Origin: Nitrosopumilus sp.
GTDB taxonomy: Archaea > Thermoproteota > Nitrososphaeria > Nitrososphaerales > Nitrosopumilaceae
DNA length: 64,000 nucleotides
Direction: 5' to 3'
Assembly: GCA_965219345.1 (NCBI GenBank)
Contig: OZ244732.1
Span: 1,024,001-1,088,000 of the forward strand
In this document: piece after piece, positions 28,268 through 38,716 of the stretch
Position numbering within the stretch: position 1 is the stretch's first letter
How the letters are laid out: every line of letters begins with the position of its first letter
Program-made: the position numbers and the translations under genes
The notes under the pieces: model-generated
The model's database searches: none
Seen by the model: the letters and a program-made list of their open reading frames with translations, nothing else
Told to the model about the DNA's origin: nothing

Positions 28268-28690
28268 GTGACTAAAGCAGAATATGAGAACCTACTCAAA
28301 CGTATTCAAGATAAACTAGGCAACACCAAAAAAGAATCCTCTACTCGATTCGAACTTCCTGTTGTAGATGTTATGTGGGAAGGTCAAAAGACTTTCTTGC
28401 GTAATTTTTCAGAATTCCCAAAGGTTCTACGAAGAGATCCAGATAAAGTTCTTCAATACCTTTCAAAAGAATTTGCAGTTCCTGCTGAAAGACTAGGCGA
28501 CAAGGCAATGTTTGTAGGAAGACGAGCTCCTGACGACTTTACCAGATTATTTCAAATTTATGTAAAAGATTATCTTGAATGTCGTACATGCAAAAGTCCT
28601 GACACAAAAATTATCAAAGAAAATCGTATATCATTTTTAATCTGTGAGGCTTGTGGTGCAAAATCTACTCTAAAAGGCAAGTATGCATAA
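28268..28690 (+). CDS. eif2b: Translation initiation factor 2 beta subunit
   Basis: RFELP...NFSE...LRRDP...LSKE and C-terminal CRTCKSPDT...CEACGA. Confidence 0.93.
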   Translation: MTKAEYENLLKRIQDKLGNTKKESSTRFELPVVDVMWEGQKTFLRNFSEFPKVLRRDPDKVLQYLSKEFAVPAERLGDKAMFVGRRAPDDFTRLFQIYVKDYLECRTCKSPDTKIIKENRISFLICEACGAKSTLKGKYA

Positions 28691-28986
28691 TGCAATTTTC
28701 GGTAAAAGTTTCTAATTATCAAAAAAATTCAACGTTGAATATCTGTGATATTAAACTATTAGGGAAAAAAATTATTCAAGATGAATTGAATATGCATATT
28801 AGTGAAAGCTATTATGGAGAAAAATTAGTTGAAAAAGAAGAGGCAAAATCATTATTAAAAAATTCTTCAATTATTAACATGGTCGGACAAGATACAATTT
28901 CTCTATCAATAGAACTTGGAATTGGTTCCGAAAATGGAATTAAAACAATCTCCGGCGTTCCTTTTCTAATTGTTTTTAAAATATAG
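28690..28986 (+). CDS. DUF424 family protein
   Basis: ICDIKLLGK...ISESYYG...IINMVG; typical neighbour of aIF-2beta. Confidence 0.8.
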   Translation: MQFSVKVSNYQKNSTLNICDIKLLGKKIIQDELNMHISESYYGEKLVEKEEAKSLLKNSSIINMVGQDTISLSIELGIGSENGIKTISGVPFLIVFKI

Positions 28987-29067
28987 TGTGTAATTTGGTT
29001 TCATTCTTGATTCATACATTTTTTCATTCCATAAGAAATCCATTTTATCTAGTGGGAGTAAAATTAT

Positions 29068-29850
29068 TTGATGTCTGATGATATAAGTAGAAAGTTGGAA
29101 TCTAAAATAGATAACAAACTAGCATCAAAATCTAAACGAAAGCATTTGGAAGATGGTTTCAAAAAAGGAAAAGTTGTCAATGAAGTTTTAGACAAGCCCA
29201 CTGTCATGATTCTTTACAAAATGATTAAAGATCACATCATTGCATATGTCAATGGATCTGTAAGTGCCGGAAAGGAATCAGTTGTTTTTTGGGGTGTTGA
29301 TGAAAATGATGTTAGTGTTGCATTGAAAATTTATTTAGTGAGTACTTCAAATTTTAAAAAACGTGAACCCTATATTCTTGGTGATCCTCGATTCTCACAT
29401 CTAAAAAAAGGTACAAAGAATTTAGTTTATCTATGGGCTAGAAAGGAATTTCGTAACTTATCTCAGTGTTATGCTGCAGGAATTCCTGTTCCACAGCCAC
29501 TATTTGTTACAAATAATGTACTTGCAATGGATTTTGTAGGTCAAAATGGCACTCCTGAAAGATCTTTATTAAATTCAGAGGTTGATGAAGATGACTATAA
29601 ACAGGCAATCTCAATTATCAGAGATCTCTATCAGAAAGCAAAGCTGGTACATAGTGATTACTCAGAATACAATATTTTCAAAACCGCAAACGGTTTAGTA
29701 GTTTTTGATCTAGGTTCTGCAGTTGATCTAAGACATCCTAATGCTAATGAATTTCTTAAACGAGATATTTATAATATTAATAGATTTTTCAATAAAAGAG
29801 GAATTTCTGTTGAAGATCCAAAAATCTTATTTGAGGACATTATAAAATGA
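29068..29850 (+). CDS. rio1: RIO1 family serine kinase
   Basis: SAGKES.V, WARKEFRNL, LVHSDYSEYNI and FDLGSAV. Confidence 0.92.
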   Translation: MMSDDISRKLESKIDNKLASKSKRKHLEDGFKKGKVVNEVLDKPTVMILYKMIKDHIIAYVNGSVSAGKESVVFWGVDENDVSVALKIYLVSTSNFKKREPYILGDPRFSHLKKGTKNLVYLWARKEFRNLSQCYAAGIPVPQPLFVTNNVLAMDFVGQNGTPERSLLNSEVDEDDYKQAISIIRDLYQKAKLVHSDYSEYNIFKTANGLVVFDLGSAVDLRHPNANEFLKRDIYNINRFFNKRGISVEDPKILFEDIIK

Positions 29851-30404
29851 GCTTTGAAAAACTAATTCGTATCCCAAATGATAGAATAGCTATTTTGATT
29901 GGAAAATCAGGTAATGTAAAATCAAAAATTGAAAAATTATGTAATGTCTCTTTGGACATTGATGGTAATACGGGAGAAGTTTTGTTAAAATCTCAAGGAG
30001 ATGCTGAAAAAATTCAACCATTCAAAGCAATGGAAATTGTTACAGCAATTGGTAGAGGTTTTTCACCTGAAAATGCTTTGACTTTGTTAAAGGGCGAAAA
30101 TACATTGCACGTAATAGATCTTAGAGAGTTTGCAGGAAAGTCTAACGCAAATGTTGAAAGGATAAAAGGGAGAATTATTGGAGAAGGTGGTAGAGCAAGA
30201 CGAAATATGGAAAATCTTAGTGGTACTCATATCTCAGTTTATGGAAGAACTGTTTCAATTATTGGTGATTCAAGTAAATTACGATCAACTGTTGATGCAA
30301 TATCATCTATTTCAGGTGGAAGTATGCATGGTGCTGTTTACAGTAAATTAGAAGCTGTAAATAGAAAAGAAAAACAAGAAAAAATGAAACTGTGGGAAGA
30401 TTAA
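29847..30404 (+). CDS. KH-domain rRNA processing protein (Pno1/Dim2)
   Basis: LIGKSG, AIGRGFSPE and RIKGRIIGEGG. Confidence 0.9.
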   Translation: MSFEKLIRIPNDRIAILIGKSGNVKSKIEKLCNVSLDIDGNTGEVLLKSQGDAEKIQPFKAMEIVTAIGRGFSPENALTLLKGENTLHVIDLREFAGKSNANVERIKGRIIGEGGRARRNMENLSGTHISVYGRTVSIIGDSSKLRSTVDAISSISGGSMHGAVYSKLEAVNRKEKQEKMKLWED

Positions 30405-30405
30405 G

Positions 30406-32280
30406 ATGTCTTCTATCAAAGAAAAATTTAATCAAATATCTCCTAGTGAATTCTTTTACAGTAATCGTGATTTAGCTGGTTTCAGCAATCCTACACGCTC
30501 ACTTTATACTGCTGTGAGGGAATTTGTTGAAAATGCATTGGATGCATGTGATCAAAAAGGAATTCTTCCAGATGTTCATTTAACAATCAAAGCCGTTGAG
30601 CCTGAAAAACCTGATCCCAAACCCTATATTTTGACTGTTAAGGATAATGGCCCTGGTGTAGATTCAAAACATGTGTCCCTTGCATTTGGGACTATACTTT
30701 ATGGCTCAAAATTTGGACTGAAACAAGCTAGAGGCATGTTTGGACTTGGTGCCACTATGGCAATTTTGTATGGTCAAATTACAACCAACAAACCAGTTAC
30801 TGTGAAAAGTTCCACAGATGGAAAAATACAAGATGAGTTTGACCTATTATTGGACATTCAAAAAAATAAACCCATAATTGTAAAACATAAAACCAAAGAA
30901 ATTTCAAAAACAGGACTATCTATAAGCATTTGTTTGGAAGGTGATTACTCTAAAGCAGGTACAAAAATTCGAGATTATGTTTATGAAACTTCTTTGATTA
31001 CCCCTTATGCAACAATAACTTTTGATGATCCAAAAGGAGAAAAATTTCATCATCCAAGATTTGTCAAAGACATACCTCCACCCCCAACAATAATTAGACC
31101 TCATCCACATGGTATTGATGTTGAAAGAATTCGAAGAATGATAGTTGAATCACTGTTTGAAATCCCAAACATTGATGATGCTATGATTGAAAAAGTAAGA
31201 AAAGACTTGGGATTATCAAAGAAAAATCTTAGTTTTGCTGCAATCATGGAAAAAGCAAGGAAAAAAGGTAAAGCTCTTCCACGTCAAACTCGAGTAGTAA
31301 TTGCTTTGATGTCATTTCTAAAAATGGATTTTGAAAAATTAAACAAAATTAGAATTGAAGACATTGATGTACCTAACAAAAAATTATTCTACTGGGATTT
31401 TGGTGACTCACAATCAAAATCAATTGATATGGATCCTGAAAGTCAGCATTACAAACTATTGACTCATACTGTTCAAGGTGAACCTCTTAACACATTCTTG
31501 ACTAAGAGATTCCAACGTGTTGGCCCTACTACTGCAGTCAAATTTGCAGAATTTGCAAAATTCAAGCCTGAAAAACGAATGGGTACTATGACAAACCAAG
31601 AGTTGGTTCATCTCAGTAACTCACTCCAAAAATTTGAAGATTTTATGGCTCCTGATTCAAATTGCCTTGCACCACTAGGCGAAGAACCTCTGGAAAAAGG
31701 AATCAAGAAATTCTTTAATCCTGATTTCTCTGCTGTAGTTCAACGTCCGCCATCTGCTTACTCTGGATTCCCTTTCATAATTGAGATGGGTATTGCTTAT
31801 GGTGGTGAAATTAAATCTGGCGGACCACATGTTTACAGATTTGCCAATAGAATTCCGTTACTTTATGATGAAGGCAGTGATGTAGTCCTTAAAGTTGTAA
31901 ATGATGCTGATTGGGGCAGATACAAGGTAAAAGGTGATCCTCCATTTGTAATTGTATCTCATATCTGTTCTACTAGAATTCCATATAAAACAGCAGGAAA
32001 AGAAAATGTTGCTGATAGGCCAGAAATTGAACGAGAGTTAAGATTGGCACTGCAACTATTATCAAGAAAATTGGCAGCATACATATCAAAAAGAGGCCAG
32101 GCTGAAATGGCAAAAAAGAGATCTAACCTTTATGCAAAATATATTCCAATGATTGCAGAGTTTTGTACAGAACTTGCTGGCAAGAAAAAAGAACCTAATT
32201 ATAAAAAAATATTAAAAGAAACAAATCCTATAGAACCAAAACCTACTGTAGAGGAGGAAAAACCAATTGAAAACAAGTAA
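30406..32280 (+). CDS. top6B: DNA topoisomerase VI subunit B
   Basis: EFVENALDA, DNGPG, SKF..KQARG.FGLG and RFANRIPL. Confidence 0.97.
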   Translation: MSSIKEKFNQISPSEFFYSNRDLAGFSNPTRSLYTAVREFVENALDACDQKGILPDVHLTIKAVEPEKPDPKPYILTVKDNGPGVDSKHVSLAFGTILYGSKFGLKQARGMFGLGATMAILYGQITTNKPVTVKSSTDGKIQDEFDLLLDIQKNKPIIVKHKTKEISKTGLSISICLEGDYSKAGTKIRDYVYETSLITPYATITFDDPKGEKFHHPRFVKDIPPPPTIIRPHPHGIDVERIRRMIVESLFEIPNIDDAMIEKVRKDLGLSKKNLSFAAIMEKARKKGKALPRQTRVVIALMSFLKMDFEKLNKIRIEDIDVPNKKLFYWDFGDSQSKSIDMDPESQHYKLLTHTVQGEPLNTFLTKRFQRVGPTTAVKFAEFAKFKPEKRMGTMTNQELVHLSNSLQKFEDFMAPDSNCLAPLGEEPLEKGIKKFFNPDFSAVVQRPPSAYSGFPFIIEMGIAYGGEIKSGGPHVYRFANRIPLLYDEGSDVVLKVVNDADWGRYKVKGDPPFVIVSHICSTRIPYKTAGKENVADRPEIERELRLALQLLSRKLAAYISKRGQAEMAKKRSNLYAKYIPMIAEFCTELAGKKKEPNYKKILKETNPIEPKPTVEEEKPIENK

Positions 32281-33373
32281 ATCAAAAGAACTTAGCAAGA
32301 AAGCCACAGAAAAACAAAAGAATATTCTTGAAATGCTGAAAAGCCATGGCGCAAAAATATATGATGACTTGGATAATGGACAATTTCCAAAATTCTCCAT
32401 TCCCAGTAGATCTGTAAGCAACATAGTTTATGATAAAAGACTTAGACAATACATTCTAGGCAACAATTCTGCTTTAAGAAGCGCAAAAAATTCCGCTCAG
32501 TTAAGATCTTTTACACAATTAATGTGGCTTGCATTCTTTGCAAATAGATTAACACAAGAGAAAAAATCATCCACTTTGAGAGATGTCTATTATTCATCGC
32601 AAGCATTTGCTGTAGAATTTGAAGATCAATCAGAATCAGATAACATTATTGTGGATTTAGAAGCTGTTACGTCTAAACCTCGCGAAGATTTTCACATTTT
32701 TCCTGAAGAGAGAAGCTCTATCTTTGGTGATTTGAATATTGAATATACAATTCCTGGATACGAGGGCAAAACAATGAACCTGTCTAACCACCCTGATGGA
32801 TATGCAATCGGTCCTAGTTTGACTACCGCAGAACTGGTTGACACTAGTGCCGAAATTGTTGTTGCTGTTGAAAAGGGTGGTCTTTTTACAAGATTTGTTG
32901 AAGAACAAATTGATAAAAAATTCAAATCTATAATCATCAATACTGGTGGACAAGCTCCTCGTTCAACTAGAACTTTGTTAAAAAGACTTCATGATGAAAT
33001 GGGGTTGCCTGTCATTATCCTTACCGATGGTGATGTATATGGGGAACATATTGCAATGGTAATCAAATCTGGTTCAGCAAATGCTGCTCACCTAAGAGAG
33101 CTTACTGTTCCTGATGCAAAATGGGTTGGAGTCTGGGCTACTGATATTGAAAAATATAAACTACCAACAATCCCTATGACCGAATCTGATATTAAGAGAT
33201 GTCATGATCTTCTGAAGGATCCTAGATATGAAAGCGGAATTTGGAAAAAAGAACTAGATGTATTTTTGAGACTTAAAAGAAAGGCTGAATTGGAGGCTTT
33301 TTCCAAATATGGTCTTACTAATATCACTGACAAATATTTGCCACAAAAATTAGAACTAGCAAAAAGTCTCTAG
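32267..33373 (+). CDS. top6A: DNA topoisomerase VI subunit A
   Basis: STLRDVYY, VEK, DGDVYG and KAELEA. Confidence 0.97.
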   Translation: MKTSKSKELSKKATEKQKNILEMLKSHGAKIYDDLDNGQFPKFSIPSRSVSNIVYDKRLRQYILGNNSALRSAKNSAQLRSFTQLMWLAFFANRLTQEKKSSTLRDVYYSSQAFAVEFEDQSESDNIIVDLEAVTSKPREDFHIFPEERSSIFGDLNIEYTIPGYEGKTMNLSNHPDGYAIGPSLTTAELVDTSAEIVVAVEKGGLFTRFVEEQIDKKFKSIIINTGGQAPRSTRTLLKRLHDEMGLPVIILTDGDVYGEHIAMVIKSGSANAAHLRELTVPDAKWVGVWATDIEKYKLPTIPMTESDIKRCHDLLKDPRYESGIWKKELDVFLRLKRKAELEAFSKYGLTNITDKYLPQKLELAKSL

Positions 33374-33832
33374 TTATTTTATTCTAAGTGTTAAGACACC
33401 GTTTCTATATTTAAAATCAAATATCTGCATGCTGTCTGCACCTTCAATTGGAACTTCTTTTGAAAATCCTGCAGTTCCACGTATGTATAAAATTCCATCT
33501 ATTAGTCTGACTGCAATTTTATCTTCAGGACCTGGCACTTCAGCTACAAAAACAAATTCTCCTTCACTTTTTATCAGATCATAAACCCAATTCTTTGTTT
33601 CCTGTTCTCTTACCTTAGAATATAATGGCTTTTGGTCCTTTGTCATCTTTTTTAGAACCCTAACCCAGTAAAACATTGTTAACGTAGCTGCACCAATTAA
33701 AATAAAACTTGAAAAACCTGTATCCGCCTTCTGTGATATGACATAAATTATTCCTAAAAATAAAAGTACGATTATTGGTATAACAAAATTTAATGATTGT
33801 TCATTTGAATATGCTCCCTTATAACTTGCCAA
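33374..33832 (-). CDS. Membrane-anchored Hsp20/alpha-crystallin-like protein
   Basis: Two TM helices, then VAEVPG...YRNGVLTLRI; TTG start at 33832 preferred. Confidence 0.75.
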   Translation of the reverse strand: MASYKGAYSNEQSLNFVIPIIVLLFLGIIYVISQKADTGFSSFILIGAATLTMFYWVRVLKKMTKDQKPLYSKVREQETKNWVYDLIKSEGEFVFVAEVPGPEDKIAVRLIDGILYIRGTAGFSKEVPIEGADSMQIFDFKYRNGVLTLRIK

Positions 33833-33903
33833 ACAGTTCAAATCTGAGTTTACCAAATATAAAGTATCTTTGATTTTTATTACCATTTTTCAAAATTTAA
33901 CTA

Positions 33904-34125
33904 TTGCCCAATAATGAAAAATCTACCAAACTTACAATGCAAGAAATTGTACTAAGGGGAACCATAATTGCTATAATTATTACAATTCCATCTCTTATTG
34001 CATTTGTCCTAACTTGGGTTTTTTTTGATGATTTTATCTTAGGAGCATTTTCAGGCGTGGTAGTTCATTTAATTACCTTGATGTTTTCCTGGAAAATTTC
34101 AAAAAAACTATTGGTCAAAAAGTAA
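33904..34125 (+). CDS. Small membrane protein
   Basis: Two hydrophobic helices. Confidence 0.6.
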   Translation: MPNNEKSTKLTMQEIVLRGTIIAIIITIPSLIAFVLTWVFFDDFILGAFSGVVVHLITLMFSWKISKKLLVKK

Positions 34126-34166
34126 TTGTCTAGATCATTTTTATTTCGTTATAATTCATTCCCAAA

Positions 34167-34520
34167 ATGATGTACTCTAGAATTGAAAATGATCTGGTTT
34201 CTGAAATCAAATTAGACCCTATTCAGGCTAAAGTGTATTTGTTAGTTACCTGTAATGGAAAAATGTCTTCAACAAAAATTGCAGAAAAATTAAAGATCTC
34301 TTTGAGCGATTCCAAAAAGACAGCTAAAGAGCTAATTACTTTTGGTGCTTTTATCGACTTTTCTGAAACTGAGTTTGAAGCAATGCATCCTAGATTTACT
34401 GCAGTTAACATGTATAGAAAGATGTGTGAGCGAGAAAATATTGAATTTAAACGAAACAAGATTGTTGATAATATAGGAGTAATTTTAGAAAAACCATATG
34501 ATGATGCAAGAACTAAATAA
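34167..34520 (+). CDS. TrmB-like HTH protein
   Basis: QAKVYLLV...SSTKIAEKLKIS...FEAMHP. Confidence 0.7.
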   Translation: MMYSRIENDLVSEIKLDPIQAKVYLLVTCNGKMSSTKIAEKLKISLSDSKKTAKELITFGAFIDFSETEFEAMHPRFTAVNMYRKMCERENIEFKRNKIVDNIGVILEKPYDDARTK

Positions 34521-34542
34521 TACTAAAGATGGGTGAACAACA

Positions 34543-34941
34543 TTGAATATTGACACTGAAACTTGTAAACATCAGCCAGTTTACTATGGAGTGGTAAACA
34601 TCAACATAAATGAGAAAACAATTGGTTCAGTCGATGTCTGGAGATGTGGTGCATGCAAGAAGCAATTCTGTGAAGAAAAACAGCTTGGAATCGAAGAGAT
34701 AGCTGAAATAGTAGGAATGCCAAAAATTGATCCTGATGCAAAATGGGCAGTTACAGTATGTAAATTACAACAAGGAAAAGAAAAATGGAGATTAGTTAAA
34801 CTAAAAGAAAACAGCGAAATCAAACACGAATGCTTAGATGAACAAATAATTCCACTCAAGATTGAGAATTTCAAAGTTGAAGATGAGCAACATTGGAGCT
34901 TTTTAATTGACGACAATGTTAACAAGGCTGTTGAAATTTAG
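34543..34941 (+). CDS. Conserved hypothetical (Zn-binding) protein
   Basis: CKH...CGAC pattern. Confidence 0.65.
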   Translation: MNIDTETCKHQPVYYGVVNININEKTIGSVDVWRCGACKKQFCEEKQLGIEEIAEIVGMPKIDPDAKWAVTVCKLQQGKEKWRLVKLKENSEIKHECLDEQIIPLKIENFKVEDEQHWSFLIDDNVNKAVEI

Positions 34942-34949
34942 TTTCTAAA

Positions 34950-35234
34950 ATGGATCTTAAAGTTCACATCAATAATATTCATGGAAGCCAGATGGCTGCA
35001 AAGATTACTGGTAAATTCACTTTAGATGGTAATGAATTTCGTTTTACTGCAATAGCATTTGGTAGGATAGGTGGACAAAATGTAGGTGCTAAAATTTCTA
35101 AAACCACTGAAAAAGAATTAGAACAATTAGGATACGATATTGAAGAAGTTATCATATTGCTTCAGAGGAATCTACTTCAAGGAGATTTGACTCTTCCGGA
35201 AGGGCTTTCAAAAGAATCATTTGTTGATGACTAA
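34950..35234 (+). CDS. Conserved hypothetical protein whose 3' end carries the att core
   Basis: Clean ORF; its last codons TTT GTT GAT GAC TAA form the 15-bp att repeat. Confidence 0.7.
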   Translation: MDLKVHINNIHGSQMAAKITGKFTLDGNEFRFTAIAFGRIGGQNVGAKISKTTEKELEQLGYDIEEVIILLQRNLLQGDLTLPEGLSKESFVDD

Positions 35235-35401
35235 ATAAGCTTTATAGTAATTTTATCTCATTTTTCTTGCTTGTTTTTTTATCATTTTGTAATTTGTCTA
35301 TGTTTTTACAAATCCATTTCAGAATACATTTACATTAACCATCTTTTTCTGGGTATTTGAGCATTTTGACACTGATTTACACTCGTAAATAGCAGTTTCA
35401 A

Positions 35402-36422
35402 CTATCTTCTCATAAATTCACTAAGTTTGTTTTTCATACTACAATATGGTTTAAGATGATTGTATTTTTGATTGAGTTCTCCTTGTATATCTATGGCTTT
35501 TTTGCGGAAATGTCCCCACATTTGATTTTGTTCATTTTGAATTTTTTTTGCTTTTTGATTCGTTCCTCTCTCTTTTTCTTTTAATTTATTTATTTGGCCA
35601 TGAATAACTTTGATATCTTGACTAGATTGGGAATTTTGAATTTCTTTTACTAATTTGACCTCATCTAAGAATTCATTGATTTTCATTTCATGCCATATTA
35701 TATTTTCTAAATACTTGTTGTCTTGTATTGATAAGGCATGGGAATTATCAATCCTATATGAAGTTGAATGTAGCTTCCTGTAAAAATTACCTCCTTCTTG
35801 ATTGAATTGCCCTACTCGTTTATTCCCATCTTCAAAAGATACTTTTAGTAAATTTCTAATCTTTTTTGATATTTCAACAAGTGAAAGCTCGCCAGTTCCA
35901 TTTAGTTTTTCTTTTAACGGCTGTAAATCTATAAGTAATTGTTCAAATTTTTTAATAATTAAATCTGGAGATGTAAAGTTTTTCTTTATGTATTGACTCG
36001 TTTTCTTGAATCTTTGCGTGTTCTTCAAAATCTATCGGCATCATATTTTGTGCAACTTGCCTCATCATATTTTCTAATGTTACTTTATCATGTACTTTTT
36101 TTCTTTCTGCATATTTATTCAAAAAGGCATTAATCTCAGTAATGAGTATCTGTTCTTTAGGTTCAGGATCAATTTCTTTTTCGCCATTTTTGATATACAA
36201 CTCATCGATTTTACTTTGAAAATCATCACACAGTTGGCGACCACCATATTCCCAAAAACCTTCTGGTGCATCAGAATCAATTGACAACAAATTCTCAAAT
36301 GGTCTCCATTGGTTTTTTCGTAATGTACTAAAATCAGGGTTGTTTAGTATTTCTTCAATTTTGATGCATAATTGCAAGTATTTGTTATTGATAGCAGGAC
36401 TAGGTGTAACAGTCTCCACCAA
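35402..36422 (-). pseudogene. Coiled-coil hypothetical protein, probably one gene split by a frameshift
   Basis: ORFs 35952-36422 and 35402-36028 overlap, with a plausible switch in the A-run near 35980. Confidence 0.45.
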
Positions 36423-36668
36423 AGAAAATTTCTAAACACCTTCGGAATAAGGTATAATGTAGTTTTAGACTGAATAAATCCTTTAGAAATGGCTCATCAG
36501 AGAGTATGAATCTGGGTTTCTTTTTTTTGTCAGAACTAGTCATCTAAACAAATAATGATCTATAAAGGATTTAAGAAAATATATTTCATCTATGAAAAAC
36601 CAGGAAATTTAGTATTCTAAACTCTTCGTTTTTCAACATGCTTAAGTTTATACCAAACACAGAAAATT

Positions 36669-37247
36669 ATGCTCATCGCAGGCTCGGATATATCTGGCAT
36701 TCAAGGTAGGGGTGAACAATTATACATTTCGTTAGTAATTGGTACTCAAGAAGTAATCAACACATTACATAGCAATACAGGAGTAGAAAAAATCCATATG
36801 ATTCGTTTAGATGATAAGCAGAAAAATGATGTAATTAATGCTTTAGACTTTTGTAGACCTGACGTGAGTGCTTGGTGTTTTTATGTTGAACGACAAAATA
36901 TAATTAATAATATTTTTAATCATCCACGATCTAAGGCATCACCTGGATCAAAAGAAAGAGTCTATGTAGAATTTGATAAGATATTTTTGAAATGCTTTCG
37001 ACATGAATTAAATGATTTTTGTATTCAACATGGTGAAGAAATTGGAGAACTATCAGTAGAATGTGATTCAGATATGAGACAATCTATTAGAAGGTGGGGT
37101 TTCACAAATAATGATGAAGGAAAAGCTCATGGGGTTGCTGATGCAGTCGCTTGGTGTAATTCCCATTTTAAAAAACTCAAAGGATGCAATGAAGTAAATT
37201 TAGCAAATGTAATAAATTCTAAATTAACATCTAAAATGATAAGATGA
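36669..37247 (+). CDS. DUF3800-like (RNase H-fold) protein
   Basis: N-terminal SDISG (cf. DESG), KIHM (cf. ELHF), VECD, and C-terminal GVADAVAW (cf. QLADxxA). Confidence 0.55.
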   Translation: MLIAGSDISGIQGRGEQLYISLVIGTQEVINTLHSNTGVEKIHMIRLDDKQKNDVINALDFCRPDVSAWCFYVERQNIINNIFNHPRSKASPGSKERVYVEFDKIFLKCFRHELNDFCIQHGEEIGELSVECDSDMRQSIRRWGFTNNDEGKAHGVADAVAWCNSHFKKLKGCNEVNLANVINSKLTSKMIR

Positions 37248-37250
37248 AGC

Positions 37251-37324
37251 TCAGGACTCAATTAACACCTTGCACCACCGTAATTCCTTTCGGTTTCCGT
37301 TAGCCAAGGCGATAGAAGTCCTGA
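37251..37324 (+). ncRNA. Candidate structured RNA immediately 3' of the DUF3800-like gene
   Basis: Nested stems TCAGGACT/AGTCCTGA, CCTTG/CAAGG and ACCG/CGGT in a GC-enriched patch starting 3 nt after the stop. Confidence 0.5.
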
Positions 37325-37389
37325 TATTATATCTATAACATTACATCAATAAAAAGTTCCCGATTATTCACTATGTACGCACATCTTTT

Positions 37390-37534
37390 AGGTAGTTGTT
37401 ACTACTTTAGGCATAAGGTAGTTGTTACTACTTTAGGCATAAGGTAGTTGTTACTACTTTAGGCATAAGGTAGTTGTTACTACTTTAGGCATAAGGTAGT
37501 TGTTACTACTTTAGGCATAAGGTAGTTGTTACTA
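37390..37534. repeat. Non-coding 26-bp tandem repeat AGGTAGTTGTTACTACTTTAGGCATA (5 full copies + 1 partial)
   Basis: Units start at 37390, 37416, 37442, 37468, 37494 and 37520. Each has a GTAGT-TGTT-ACTAC hairpin. No spacers. Confidence 0.95.
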
Positions 37535-37576
37535 TTTAAGAAAAAATCTTAAGTTCATAATTCTTGTAGAAAATTT

Positions 37577-38095
37577 GTGCCGCCTAGAACTTTACCTGAA
37601 ACCAAATTGACACAGGTACAATATGATAATTTAATTCAAGATTTAAGAGGTAAAACATACGTTCTGTGTCTAAACATTGAGGCTTTAGTAGATAGGAACG
37701 GTGAATTATTTGAAACTGGAATGGCTGTCCTAAAAGAAACTCGTTACAATGTTGGAATTGTATCATTATACCTTCATGCCCTTGAACAAGTAGGCAAATT
37801 AATCATGGTACATAATTGTAAAGGAACATTTGATGACACTTATTATGATTTAGATTCAATTAAAACAGATTTCTATGATCATTACAAAAAGTTAGACTCT
37901 GCCTTAGAGGCATTACCTGATGAATTAACAGATATTTTTGTTCATTCTAGTGAGTCACTTACAATAAAACAAAGATTAAAAATTCTACACTCCGACATTG
38001 ACAAGAATGGAGATGTTGTTAAATCCCCTGTTATCGATGTTGATAAAATGAAAAAAGCATTCAAGACATTCAAAAATAAACAATTTTCGTATTAA
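37577..38095 (+). CDS. AbiV-like (HEPN-related) abortive infection protein
   Basis: LYLHALEQVGKLIM...FYDHYKKL resembles the AbiV A.EE.GK...H..K pattern. Confidence 0.55.
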   Translation: MPPRTLPETKLTQVQYDNLIQDLRGKTYVLCLNIEALVDRNGELFETGMAVLKETRYNVGIVSLYLHALEQVGKLIMVHNCKGTFDDTYYDLDSIKTDFYDHYKKLDSALEALPDELTDIFVHSSESLTIKQRLKILHSDIDKNGDVVKSPVIDVDKMKKAFKTFKNKQFSY

Positions 38096-38200
38096 TTAGA
38101 AATAGAATTAGATTCCAAACTCATTTCTAATTTGCATCAACGAAGAAACCAAAGATTTTTTTGAGTCTAAAAGATCAAAGTACTGTTGTCAGAAATACCT

Positions 38201-38554
38201 ATGAAACAATGTCATGCTTGTAATCAAGATGTTCCAACAACGACGATAGGATAATGCCCTCTTTGTGGAGAAGAAAAAGGATATCATAACAATGAGGTTC
38301 TTACTGAACATGTTCATTTACACGACGAAGTTCATAGAACATTAGAGCGAATCACAGAGAAAAAAACAGTCAACAAAAAACATGAGACAATTTCACTAGT
38401 AATTTTTGCAATTTCAATAATTGTTGCAAGTTTAATCCCAACAAACCCATTTTTTCAGCCATTTGCAATACTAATTGCAGTCTTACTTGGCAGTATTCCA
38501 CTAGGATACACCAGTTATCATACAGAGAGAACATGCCTTATCGATAGAGATTAA
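38201..38554 (+). pseudogene. Zn-ribbon + 2-TM protein with in-frame stop
   Basis: MKQCHAC...IG*CPLCG (TAA at 38252); the frame continues through two hydrophobic helices to TAA at 38554. Confidence 0.65.
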
Positions 38555-38716
38555 CAAAAAAGGACTGAATTACAGCTTCATATATCTAGATTGTACTAGT
38601 TTGTAGTTAATGTCAACAAAAGAATTTGGCGGATTTCTGTTTTCAGCAAGAATAATACTTGGCCTTTCAGCTGTAGGTATTCTCAATTACTTTATGTAGC
38701 CCTCTTTTTTCTTTTT

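Noticed and set aside
37390-37534. 26-bp palindromic repeats as a CRISPR array
   Set aside because: The units are head-to-tail identical with no variable spacers, and there are no cas genes in the window.
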